From assembly GCA_964106645.2 (NCBI GenBank), contig OZ067051.1: 64,000 bases of DNA; one strand, 5' to 3'. Below, piece by piece: positions 27,149 through 40,672 of this stretch. The notes under the pieces are model-generated. The model saw only the letters and a program-made list of their open reading frames with translations. It had not been told where the DNA came from and made no database searches. Numbering within the stretch: the stretch's first letter is position 1; the number at the start of each line of letters is the position of its first letter. Made by a program: the position numbers and the translations under genes. Source of the DNA: Podarcis pityusensis. Lineage: Eukaryota.

Positions 27149-30100
27149 TGTGTCAGAGATCAAAAAACCCCTCCTCCTAGGACATACCATTCCTGGCTGG
27201 GCAATACAATGCCTACCCAGGAGCATATGACGCTGCCCCCCCCCCCCGCACTCAAGTTTTAGCTTCAACTTCTTTTCCACCCTAGCACATCTATTAATCC
27301 CACACATAACTCTTTATAAGACTTGCAGGAATGGCATTTTCCACCTTGCTTTGTAAAAAGCAGCAGTGATGTTAATTTGCTGGCTGCTTGACCTCGCGTC
27401 TCCAGTGCTTGTAAAGAAGCCACTCGAAAGCTACACACACAGAACCGCCACTATCCTGGTCAAACACAGCAACTCCACTTTTAAAAAGACAAATATCCCA
27501 CCCGCCCACCTCCAAAGAAAGGCATTTGTACCTACAGGCAGGAGAGTCCAATGCACTGAGCCATACTCCCAGGAGGCCGGGCAGGGCGAACGCAAGCTGG
27601 CATGCTTGCTAATTCTCTCCAGGAAAAAAAAAGGCCCTTGGTGGCCTCGCAGCTCAGAAGCTGATTACGGACTGAGGGTTAGCAACCACTGAGCCCAGCT
27701 CATTTCAGCAAAGAAAGCGGCAGGAGGCTAATCCCAGTTCCCCCTCTTAATCTGCAGGGCCTCTAACAGCAAAAACACTCTTTCAGCCCCGGATCACAAT
27801 CAGAACCTTCTCCAGCTCCTTGTGGACATATAGGAAGTCCTCCTTCAGGTGCTCCAAGTAGAAAGTGAACAGGGTTTATTGGGGGGTGGGGAAAAGAAGG
27901 TTTGCCTAACCCTAAACTAGTGCAAAGGCACAAATTAAGTCCTAAGTCCACTTAAAAAACAACAACACCCTGATAACCAAAATGGAAAACCTGAGGAGTC
28001 ATCCCTTCTCATGGATACATATGGTGGCTTATGCCCAACTAGTCGGACAGGGCTATAGTTAAGTCACAGCCTCAGTCAGCTCCTGCCAGAGAACCTGGAG
28101 AATCACTGCCAGCCAAAACCCCAGCTAGGGCTTGTAGCTTGGTGGTAGGGCACAGACTTTGTAGGAAATCATCGGTACAATTCCTGACAGCGTAGACATT
28201 CCGGGCCCAAGAAGGCCAGTGGTCTGACTTCACCAAGAAGGTTCCCCCCTGTGCCAGCCTTATCAGGACGAATGATTGCTATGATCAGGTTGAATCACAC
28301 TCTGGACACTTTTGAGAGAAGGTGGCAGGTGGATATATGAATGCACTTTTTTCTTTCACTGAACAGGTCAAGTTTAAAAAGGGGGGGGGGTACCAGCATG
28401 ACTGTATGACTGCCTTTTCAAAAACACACAAAATATCCCCAACCTCAGGAGTGGAAATTAGCATGCACTTCCCCAAAACTTCGACTGCACAAGACAAACC
28501 TTGCAGGTCAACACAGCAGGGGTGCTAACTTGAATAAAATACTGGGGGGAAGGTAAGCCCCGCCCCTCATAATCAATCACAGGACATGGTGCACACACAT
28601 CATTTGAATGCCAGTGCCCATCAACTTTGGGGGGCCTTGCTTCCTTAAATATTTTACTGAGGGGGTCCGAAGACCCCTTGGCCCCTAGGAGCTGGCTCCT
28701 ATGCAACACAGCTAGTTGCCAGTTTGATCCCCCATTCACCTTTCTAGCCCTTTAGTCTTAACACCACTGTCTTCGTTCCCCAGGAAAAAAGGGAAATTTC
28801 TTCCAGAAACCCACAGGCCTCATTTTTGCCTGTGCTTTAAGACCATTGCCTGAGGCCATGCGCAGTTGGCCTGCCCTTAAAATTTACTTACTTACTTACT
28901 TATTGCATTTATATACCACCTTTATCTTCCAAGGATCCTCTGCAACTCTGTAAGGTCGGTTAGTCTCAAAGATGGTGACTGGCCCAAGGTCACCGAATGA
29001 GCTTCATGGCTGAGTGGAGATTTGAACCCTGCTCTCCTAGGTCCTAGTTAGACTGGTGGGGACATGAGGCAAGGCCTGCTCAAGGACAGCCTCTACCAGA
29101 CAGAACTTCCTCAGTTGCTACATTTAAGAACGTGTTTTAATTGTTCACACTATTTCTCTGTTGTGGCTCTCAAAACTGTTTTTATACTGCCTGAATTGTA
29201 TCTCAACATAGTACCTTTTTTTTTTTTAATTTTAAAGTGCTATTATTAGATTACTGTATTTTTATAGTTCGTTTTCCGTTTGCCACCTTGGGCAGAGCTG
29301 ATCTAGAAAAGACACCTGATACAAATGTTTAATGAAATAAATGCAAATTCCGTAAACCAGGGATGAGAAGCCTATCAGCCTGCAGCCACCTGTGGGTCCA
29401 CAACCAATGGCAAAAACAGACAGAATAACGGAAGTACTTCTTCACGCAGCAGATATAAATGCATGGGAACTGGTTGCCATGAAGGTGTGATGATGGCAAG
29501 TGGCTTAGATAGCTTTAGAAAGGGGATTAGACACATCCAGGGAGGATAAGGCTATTAATGGCTACCAACAAGTTACAATGGCTCTACTGCATCCAGAATC
29601 GGGTGAGCCCTGAATATCAGATGCTAAGAAGCAACGTCGGGAGACAACGGCCGGCCACTGCAGGAAACAGATTGCTTAGCTTGATGGGCTGCTGATCAGA
29701 TCCAGCAAGGCTCCCCTTGGCCCAATTCACATGCCATGGTAAAACATTGTCCTGGCTCTCCATGCCAGATGCAGAACTCACACACATCACTGTGGCTGGA
29801 AGTTTTAAAAGGTTTTCATGATCACTTAGCCAAGAATAAACATAGGTTTTAGCACTGCGGCTGGTTTGGAGCAAACCCAACCACAATCAGTGCAATGGAC
29901 GCAACCGCGAAGCCAAGGATAGAGGGCTGTTTCTTCCTAGCATTGGTAGAGAGAGAAGAGAAACAGGTGTGATTGGCTCTCACACAGTAAACCGTGGTTT
30001 TATGGCTTACTGTGATGCATGAATGCAGCCCTTACATTTTGCAGAGGGGAGAAATGGCCACTTACCCCTTTGTTTTGTGCTTCCTAAGGCTGGTCTGATA

Positions 30101-30431
30101 AGAAACTAAGTTTCCAAATCTCTGCTTTAAGTTCCCGGAGAGGCTCCTGCTGTCCTACCCAACACCAAGATAAAGCACCTACCCGTTCTCAGGCTCCTCG
30201 GTGGGGTCCGTGAACTCCGAGTGCACAGTGGAATCGATTGCGCTATCCGTTTCTACTTCATCATGCATCTCGTGATGCACCAGGGTGCTGGTGTCTTCGT
30301 CCGTGAATGTCTCACACTCGCTATAGGTGCTCTCTGAGCCCATGTACGCACTGTCTGTCACTTCATTTGCCTGTTGCAGAGAAGAGGAGAAAAAGCAAGT
30401 TAAGAACAGAGAGACAGAGAGACAGAGAGAC

Positions 30432-30482
<51 letters not shown>

Positions 30483-33400
30483 ATGACAACTCCAAATCAC
30501 AACTATGTTTTCTTTCTGCGGAAAGCATTTTCTGGAGGTAGAACAACTGCTTTGAATGCAGAAGGCTCCAGGTTCAATCCCTGGCGTCTCCATGTGGGGT
30601 CAGAAGAGGCTCCCGCTGAAGCTCTGGAGAACCGCTGCCAGTCAGTGTTGTCAATACTGAGCTAGACAGACCAATAATCTGACTCAGTATTGGGCAGCTT
30701 CCTATGTTCCTTGAGCAGGAATAAAAAGAGAGGGGTGGAGTACTGAATGGAGTAGGCCATTTTGAGGAGCATATTAACATACCTCCTTCACTGAAGGTAC
30801 ACATGCACTCTTTCTGTTGCATACTTCTTCATGAACTCTCCCATTACAATGGCCTCATCTGCACACAACACAAAGCCCAACTATGGCTTAGCATGAAAGA
30901 GGAAGTGCACTGGTGCACAGGGAGAAAATTTTGGCCACTGCGCTCCTCCCCAACTACCGGGAGCAAAGCCATGGTTTGGCTTAATGGAAGTGATGGGTGG
31001 CACCTGTTGGGACTGGTAGGGTGGAAGGCAGGGAGCCCAACAGTAGGGGGAGCCAGAGGCATGGACTGGCAGAGCCAACTAGTTCTAGGTTTGTTCCCAT
31101 CCTCTTCCTCCTTGCTGAGTTCTAAAAGGGCAACCCCCGGACTGAGGAGGAAGGTGACAAGCAGGGCCACCCCTTGGGCTAGTTGTATATAAGACTATGG
31201 GCAGGTGGAGGCCAGCTGAGAATCAGGCCTTCCTTTCCCTTCAATTCCTCAACTGTCTTTCTCCCAACTGACAGTTAAATCCCAACTGACAAGAACCTCC
31301 AGCCAATCAGGTTATGCCACCATCCAGACCAATCAGAATGCATTGATCCAGGCCCCACCTAACATTCTCAAAGCAATCACCTATCTCCCTCTCCTCTCAG
31401 AACTTGGTCACTAAGCACCACTGCCAACCAGGCTTGTAACATCATTAACAGTACAAGGCCTTGGGTTTTCAGAGTCACAGAATATTTCTTCTCCCATTTA
31501 AAACACAAACGCAAACAGACATATCTATAGCCAGCCCTACCATTTGTCTACATTCTACTATGAACAAACCACGAGGTGCGACCAAGGTTTGTTCTTGGCT
31601 TACTACACATGGTTTGTTTGGATCAAAACAAACCACAAGACTGGATTCAGACTTAAACCAGATAAATGAAGCAGGTAACTAAAATATCTGTGATCTGTGT
31701 CCTGCCATTAGGAGTGGTCCCAGGGCAGGATCCAGAAGACATGTGATGCGGCTAATCTACTCAGGCTAAGTAGATCTGATCTGGTCAGTGCCTGGGAGAC
31801 ACAGCCTGGGAACCCCCAATGTAACAGTGCCTTGAGTTCCACAGCAGAAGCACAGGTGGACAGACATGAACTAAATCTACTATATATTTTGGAAGGCTGT
31901 TTGTTCACTGTGTAGCTGGACACCTCTTAAGACATCTTATCCAAATTTTTGCGCAATGGGTCTTGAGATCAAGGAGCAGGTTTTCATCTATGTTTGGATA
32001 CAACTAGATGCCCATTTTAATCAAGATCACCAACAGAACATTTCAAAACTGCACTGCTTTTATTGTTTCTTAGAATTCCTGAACAACGTTGGGTACAACG
32101 CTCTAGTAAATAAAAACAAAAGCCTTCAGAGTGTATTGTTTTTCGAGCCATTAAGGACAGACCCTTTCAACAAGCAACCAAGAAATCCAGGTTACACATA
32201 TCCATTTGTGTTACAACACCTTTTTTTTTTAAGGCAGTTATTTCTGGTGAACAGACGTCAGAATAATCTCTGGGAGAATACCGCTTATTCCCTTCTACTC
32301 CAAAGAGAATGCAAAAGCAGGCAAATTACTCCTGAAGGTCATCTTGACTATTAAATTTGCACACCAGGGGAAAACAAATAAATACACACCCATATCAAGT
32401 TCAGAGGAGCTTTTTCAAAAACACTGCAAAGTTCTGTATCAAGAAAGGTTAGCAAAGGAGACACCATGTGCTTAGCAGCCAGATTTTGCAAGCTTTCATG
32501 ACACTCGCTTAAATGCCAAAGGCACACATAAGACAGGTAAACAGAGGATCACTCCAGAATTGTATTTCTAGATTTTCAGCATATGATCCTGAAGCCTTGA
32601 GCTGAAGTGTGAAAACTGATCACAGTCCCCTTAACAGAGTAACATTAAACAATTTTTTAAAGAACTGAAACCCTCTGCCAGCTTGCTTAACCATAGCCCC
32701 CGTCTGCCCCAAAAGCCAGTTCAAAACCGACAGCTCTTGTCAATGCTCATGGTTTTTTTAGATGTTAGTCTTATATCATACCTTTTTTTCACAGAACTTA
32801 CGGTAAAGGTTCTCTCTGTTTTTCCCTCATGACCACCCTGAGGGATAGGACAGATTCCAGGCTTCCTCAACCTCAGCCCTCCAGATGTTCTTGGCCTACA
32901 ACTCCCATGATCCTTAGCTAGCAGGACCAGTGGTCAGGGATGATGGGAATTGTAGTCTCAAAACATCTGGAGGGCCGAGATACTAGCCCCAAGTCAGAAG
33001 GCTGAGGTAGGTTTCCCCAGTTCCAGTTCAATACTCTAATCCAGGCATCCCCAACCTGCGGCCCTCTGCCTACAACTCCTATGATCCCTAGCTAACAGGA
33101 CCAGTGGTCAGGGATGATGGGAATTGTAGTCCAAAACATCTGGAAGGCCGAAGGTTGGGGATGCCTGCTCTAATCAATACATTCATCCGTTTGCAACCCC
33201 ACATTCAAGGGCAGCCCCACAGAGGGAGGAATGCAGTAGCTCAGCATTCATTTGACGAAGGCGTGGGTGACTGTTTCTTGGTCCCCTCCATGGGGCAGAA
33301 AAGGGGGAACTAAGTGGCTGAGGTTGGTGGGAGTTGTAGTCCAAATATCTGGAGGGCACCAGGTTGGCAAAAGCTGGTTTAAAGTCGCAGGTATACACCA

Positions 33401-36400
33401 GTGTTTAGTGTGCATTGCACCACTGAGTGGCTTCCACCCCTCAACAGGCAAAGTAGAGAGAGTTCTAAGTTTCAGCCACTGCTTTGGAGCAACGGCAGAT
33501 ATAGCCTTGCCTGGTCATTTCTGTTTCCTCCCCTCCAATTAAATATTAAACCCCCAGCCAAGATGCCAGGGAGACAGGCTCACATTCCTAACCTAGATAT
33601 CCATTTACCAAAAAGCAAAGCCTTCAAAAAACTGCTGCTGCAGCAGCAAGAGCAAAAAAAAAAAAAAGTTAAACTGTCACTTTGGGGGGGGGGAATCCAC
33701 CTTGCCGTCTGCACCTCGCCCCCATTTTACAGCCTCAGGAAGGGCAGCTGGTTTCCAGGGCAGCTGTTGAAAGACCTTTGCAGATTCCTCGGCTAAGGAA
33801 GTTTGTTTTTTGTGTTACCAGCAGGCCTGACCTCAGCACATTCTACAGATAAATCTTTTCTGTGAATTCCCCGTGCAACGTTGAACAAATACTCAATTTG
33901 AAAGGGAGGGGGGAGAGAAAGAAGTGGCAAACCGAGCCTTGAAAACAAAAGCACATATAAACAGTAAAAAATAAGATAAAGGCTCAGTCCAAGTCTGTAC
34001 ATTTTGCATTCGTGGTAATATCAAATACAGTAGTAACTCTTGCATTCTCTGCAAAAACAACCTGCTAACATTATAGCAGAGGTTTCTCGCCCATTCTGTC
34101 AGCCAGTCTTTTTTAAATTATTATTTCAACGTATGGTGAAAACATTAAAGAAAATTGTCCAGTAGCACCTTAGAGACCACCTAAGTTTGTTCTGGGTGTA
34201 AGCTTTCGTGTGCATGCACACTTCTTCAGATACCTGTACCTGTGCAAGTCTCTTTGTGAGGTCGATAAGAAAAGGTATCTGAAGAAGTGGGCAAGCACAC
34301 GAAAGCTTACACTCAGAACAAACTTAGTTGGTCTTTAAGGTGCAACTGGACCATTTTCTTATTTTTTTATTTATTTCGACTGCGTCAGACCAACACTGCT
34401 GGCTACCTACCTGAATCTTCACCATAGGTTGCGAGGAAACAAACAACACCACACTGTAGTTACAAAAAGTTATATTCACAATCACAATGTATTTTTTATT
34501 GCATTGTGGACAAGCTTAAGAGCAGCTATCAAGGATGCCTGCCCCAGTTACCCCACAGGTTCCATTCAATGCAATAGCTCAGGTCCGGTACCCTGGCCTG
34601 TTATGTTTGCTCACACATCCTAAAGTACTGTAGAGCCCCATCTTAGTCTTGGAGCACCTGTTCTTCATGCAGGTTCAATCTCTGGCATCTCTGGGTGGGG
34701 CTAAGAGAGATCCATGCCTGAAACCTTAAACAGCTGCAGGTCAGTATGTAGACCAAGGGTGGCTTATCCTGCAAGCCACATACAGATGCTTAAACATGCG
34801 CTTGTAGCTCAGTGCTAGAGCAGCTGTTATAGATGCAAAAGGCCCCAGGTTTGATCCCCACCATCTCCAGGTAGGGCTGGGACTGTCCACCACCTGAAAC
34901 CTCATGGAGCCACTGCCGGCCAGTGTTGACAATACTGAGCTAGATGAACCAGTGGTTTGGGCTCAGTATAAGGCAGCTTCCTATGTTCCCTTATAAGCCT
35001 ATTCTTTCCATACACACCCCAACCTTAACAGCAGGTGGAATTGCCTTCAGGAGACATCATTACCACTAGCTCTGATAAGATCTCCATCCTCCCCTAATTG
35101 AAAAGGACCCCAGAGTCTCTGGGAAGAACAGCCAAAGGATTGGTGGTAGCAAGGGAAAGAGTGGGGGAAGCATATATAAAAAAACAACTTTCTTATGGAT
35201 ACTGGAAACGTCTGCACTTAACGCTTGCAGAGTAATCAAACGAAGGAGGAGATTTCATATGCACACCTTCACCATGAGTTCCCGAGGTGGGGTACAGCCA
35301 TAAAAATATTACAGTATTAAATGCAGTGAAAACAAAACTACAGCCAAGAGAATACGGTGGGTCCTATATAGGTAAAGATAAATATCAGATATCGTAGGTA
35401 AGAGGTACACAACAAAAACAACATAATGAAGGTGGCAGATGCGAGGAGGGGATCCCTCAGCTTAGGGGAGGCCACAGAGAATGCCCTCTTCCTGGCTGCT
35501 GCCCCCTCAAACTTCTGAGGACTGTAGAGCTGTAAGGTGCAAACGACTGCTGACCAAAACTTCAATAAAGAATGGGGGGAAATTATAATTTACTTGAGAG
35601 ACCACTGTAAGCAGATGAAAACACTAGCAGGATTGCAATAACACTTGTAATGCAGAAGATTCTATGGATAAACTAGAGACACATAAAATTTGGATGATGA
35701 AATAATATGCAGTTGAAAAGGTTTATACAGTAATAGGATTCATAGAGGGGAAGGTGGAAAATCTAGAGATTCAGAGCAATCTCTAAATATGGATATGTAT
35801 TTTGCATTGTTATAACTCTACACCTGTAAAATCAAATAAAATTTTTTTAAAAAAAAACCTTGGTTGATTGCTGAATGGAATATTTCATGCAAGCACCTTC
35901 CTCTATTTCCCAAACTCCGCAGGATCCACAGTGCGTTAATTCTGCAACCATTTGAAGAAATGATTTACATTGGTTGCTTGTGCTGACCTCCCACAGAACC
36001 GGTTTCTCTGTTGCTCAATAGATCCAAACCCTTTTCCTTCCTGGATGAGCTCAACGATACTGGGAGAGCAAAAACCACCACAAAAGTACACCTTCTTTTA
36101 AAACATGCACACACACACACATACAAACAAACTCACAGGTGGAGAACGCCACGTCTTAGCAGGCTCAGGGAAAACGCTGACTAGGTATGGCTCCCTACTG
36201 ATGCCGAAGTGTTATGGGCGGACAGATGGACAGGCAAGTACCCCTCCCGACACAGGCTCAACTGCCTCAAAACCACCTGAGGGGCTGAGCTAGAGCATTC
36301 CAGAGAGGACCGGAATCTGGACCATGTTAGCACCTCAGATTGGCACCGCTTTCCTCTTAAAGCCGAGGGATAATCTTTTACCTGAAGGCAGGCAAAGTTC

Positions 36401-39400
36401 CTTCTCTGAAAAGCGAAAGTCCAACTCTGGATACGCTTACTTAGAAACACACACACCTCCTGGCTTTCTGCTGGGGTTGGGGAGGAGGCAAGAAGCGATC
36501 AGGAAGTACAAACTGGGCTGGTTTGAACAAACTGGCCTCAGCTCTCTCAACAGAGTTCCTTTTGTTCTTGAACTCCCCAGATAACAGCCTACAGGCTAAT
36601 CTCTCCCCCCCGCCAGCCCACCCCCATTTCCCTGCCGGTGTTTCACTGGGAAGGCTCAATTCTTGCAACTAAATGCAGACCTCAGCCACCTTTGGACAAA
36701 GAGAGCTAAGTTTTAAACTTGTGTCAAAGGAACACACCCTTTTCTAGCTGAGGAACATTTCTCTCTCCCTATACGAAAAGGGAGGGGGGTGTCACCCAGA
36801 GAAACCGATTGCCAAGGGATTAAAGGTAAAGGTAAAGGGGACCCCTGACCATTAGGTCCAGTTGCAGACAACTCTGGGGTTGCGGCACTCATCTCGCTTT
36901 ATCGGCCGAGGGAGCCAGCGTACAGCTTCCGGGTCATGTGGCCAGCATGACTAAGCCACTTCTGGCGAACCAGAGCAGCGCACGGAACCGTTTACTTCCT
37001 GCCGGAGCGGTACCTATTTATCTACTTGCACTTTGACGTACTTTCGAACTGCTAGGTTGGCAGGAGCAGGGACTGAGCAACGGTAGCTCACCCCGTCGCA
37101 GGGATTCGAACCGCCAACCTTCTGATCGGCAAGTCCTAGACTCTGTGGTTTAACCCACAGCACCACCCGCATCCCTTGCCAAGGGATTAGGGATAGAAAA
37201 ATGGAAGGATTTCTATGCCATCGGGTGTAACTGTGGGATTCACTGCTGCAGGAAGTGATGGTGATGGCCTTGTACAGAGTTTGGTGGCTTTAAATAATGG
37301 GAAGCCAATTAGTAGATGATACAGGTCAAGAATAGGGAACCTCAGGCTTGGGGGCTTCTCCATCTGCTCCCCCACCAGTTGTCTCCATCCTTACTTCACA
37401 CCTTCCTTGAGTATTTTTGCCTGGCTAGACTTTGTAATTGAACTCTGATAATGCTTCTTGCTTGCCTGGATCATAGAACTGTAGAGTTGGAAAGGGACCC
37501 TAGGGGTCATCTAGTCCAACCCCCCTGCAATGCAGGAATCTCAACTCAAGCATGCATGACAGATGGTCATGCAATCTCTGCATAAAAACCTCCAAGGAAG
37601 GAGAGTCCACCACCTCTTGAGGGAGTCTGTTCCACTGTCCAACAGTTCTTACCGTCAGAAAGTGCTTCCTGGTGTTTAGTCGGAATCTCCTTTCTTGTAT
37701 CTTGAAGCCACTGGTTTGAGTCCCATCCTCCGGAGCCGGAGAAAACAAGCTTGCTCCTTCCATGTAACAGCCCTTAAGATATTTGAATATGGCTATCGTA
37801 TCTCTTCTCAATCTCCTCTTCTCCAACCTAAACATACCCAGCTCCCTCAACTGTTCCGCATAAGGCTTGGTTTCCGGATCCTTTATCATCTTGCTTGCCC
37901 TTGTTTGCACACCTTCCAGCTTGTCAATACAGTGGTACCTCGGCTTAAGAACTTAATTCGTTCTGGAGGTCCGTTCTTAACCTGAAACTGTTCTTAACCT
38001 GAGGTACCACTTTAGCTAATGAGGCCACTGCGCCACCGCCGCATGATTTCTGTTCTCATCCTGAAGCAAAGTTCTTAACCTGAGGTACTATTTCTGGGTA
38101 AGCGGAGTCTGTAATCTGAAGTGTCTGTAACCTGAGGTACCACTGTATCCTCCTTAAATTGTGGTGCCCAGAATGGAGGATAGAGGGATTTGTGTGGGTG
38201 TGTGCAGAAACAAGCCTACTGTACAAAGGTAAAATCAGCATCCATGGCCCCACCCAATTTTGTCTCTGGCCCCACCCACCACGGCCATGTGGCCCCCAGG
38301 AGGTTCCTTTGAGGGAAATGCAGCCCTCTGGCTGAAAAAAGCTTTGCCACTCCTCTTATAGGTCTATCTCCCGAAGCTAGACATGGTTGCTAAGCTGAGC
38401 CACCATATCTAGAGGCACTCTACCTCAGAGTAACAGATGCTGGGGATACAGAAAAGCTCCCAGAGGTATCTGGTTGGCCATTACAGTGGATGCTCGGGTT
38501 GCAAACGTGATCCATGAGGGAGGCACATTCGCAACCTGCAGTGTTAGCAACCCGCAGCGCTGCGTCTGTGCATGCGTGGGTTGCGATTCGGCACTTCTGC
38601 TCATGCGCAAAGCACGATTCAGCACTTCTGCGCATGCGCAACGGCCGAAACCCAGAAGTAACCCGTTCTGGTACTTCCAGGTTTTGGCGGGTCCGTAACC
38701 CAAAAAAACACAACCTGAAGCATCTGTAACCCGAGGTATGACTGTACTGCCATATGTGATGGGGTTAATCAAGGACAGCCCCACCCAGATATCTAGGGCG
38801 TAAGCTTGTTTATCTAGAAGTAATTGGTGATGCTACAGTAGGTCCAAGTTTTATGGGGCTGTGTGCAACTGCAGATTTCACACGTGATTCGAAAAAAGCA
38901 CATGACTAATGTGCATGGTTGAGCTCTCTCTCTCGCTCTCGCTCTCCCTCCCCCCACAAAAAATGTTTTCACAGAAAGTACGCTGTGCCCCAGAGGAAGC
39001 AATGTCCAAGCTTAAGGAGATAAAGGGATTCAGTCAACTTCACCCACCTGACATTCCTCACATCACTGAGCACACAGGAACATAGTCCTTAAGTAATCAT
39101 TGGCAAAAGGCAACAAAAGACAAGTTGCGATTAGAAGGCGGCTCTCCTTCAGCCCCAGAATCAGCAGAGCTTCTCTAAATCAAGACTGACAGGTAGACGA
39201 GCCAAGACTCCATATATCCAGTGCAGTGGCTGGACTAGTTCATGAGAGACAAAAGCACTATGGCTGACGGAAAATGTCGACAATGGTAGTGTCCACCATG
39301 GTAGCGGAAAGGGTCTGGTTCTGCCCAGGCATTTGAAGAAACTAAAAAAAACTGTGATTTTTAAATTGATAATGTGATTTATGAGTTTTGGGGCTAGATA

Positions 39401-40617
39401 CACACACACATACACAATGATGCAGGACTCAGAGTATTTGATGGGAGCCATACATTGGCAAAAGTCTCCTCCTGTACCTCAAGAAACCTTGTTTGCAACT
39501 GGCATACCAAACTGCGTCAAGTCAAGCCAAAGTCCTGCCAAATGGGAAGACAGTATCTTCACATTAGCAGAGTTAGGACCTGCCATGCCAAAAATCAGGC
39601 AAAGTCACGTTTTGGCCACCCATCTTGATTCAAAATGGTGCCCAGCATCGACAAAGACTGCCACCTCGGGAACCTGTGTGTGGTAATATCTCAAGAGGTG
39701 TCCAAACCCACAGTGGACAGACCAACGGACAGATAGACAAACCACTTTCCAAAAGTATAGCAGATTATTGAAGCATATCCTCTACGGCTGGCCATGGTTT
39801 TGCTTTTATGCTGAAGAGTTCTGCATCAGATGTTCCACCGCTTTACACACCATTCAATTCGTAGGCTGTCTGAATGTGTGGCAAATTCCTTTCTGAGAGC
39901 CTGCACTTGGCACTAGTGGATAGCTGGACTTTGCTGTTTTCTTCTAGAACACTTTAATACTGTTCCACGTACTTTAACGGCTTCTTTTTTAATGGCTGAC
40001 TTTCTAAGCATTTCCCTGCCTTGTAGAAGCTGGGGATTGAACCTGGAACCCTCCTGCATACAAAAGCAGGTGTTCTGCCACTGTGCTATGGGTCTTCTTC
40101 ATTTTAATTCAGAAGCAAGATTGTCTTACTAGACCAGCACTATCACTGTCATTAGTATTAATTTATATACTGCTTAACAGCCAGCGAGGCTTCTAAGAAC
40201 TTTCCAAGTATAAAGTATACTTGTGCACAAGCATAAAGGGCAGGTTGCATGAAGGGTGTTCACAGCTAGTAAAACAAAAGCAAGCTTTACAGAACTCCGG
40301 TGCTTTCCACTAATGATACACAAATCCTTCACTTTCAATGATCTAATACAAGCTCTCAATAATACAATACAGCCTCTTTCAGTCTCTTCCCAAGTCAGTC
40401 CAGCACAATTATGCCACTTCTCATATTTCCACCACCACTCATTTTGTCCGATCTTGGTTCAAGTTGTGTTTCTGACCACACCTCGAATGCCTGTCTTACA
40501 ACTGTGTTCCACAAATAAAGGGATTTTTGTTGTTTCTGCTATTCTGTTTTTGAATGCATTTTAAGATTATCACCCAAGTGTATTATATTGGTCGGTCAGC
40601 AGAGGGCAGCGTTGCCA

Positions 40618-40672
<55 letters not shown>

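Noticed and set aside
31745-31815. 5S rRNA gene
   Set aside because: Only a partial, diverged similarity; better explained as a 5S-derived SINE remnant.
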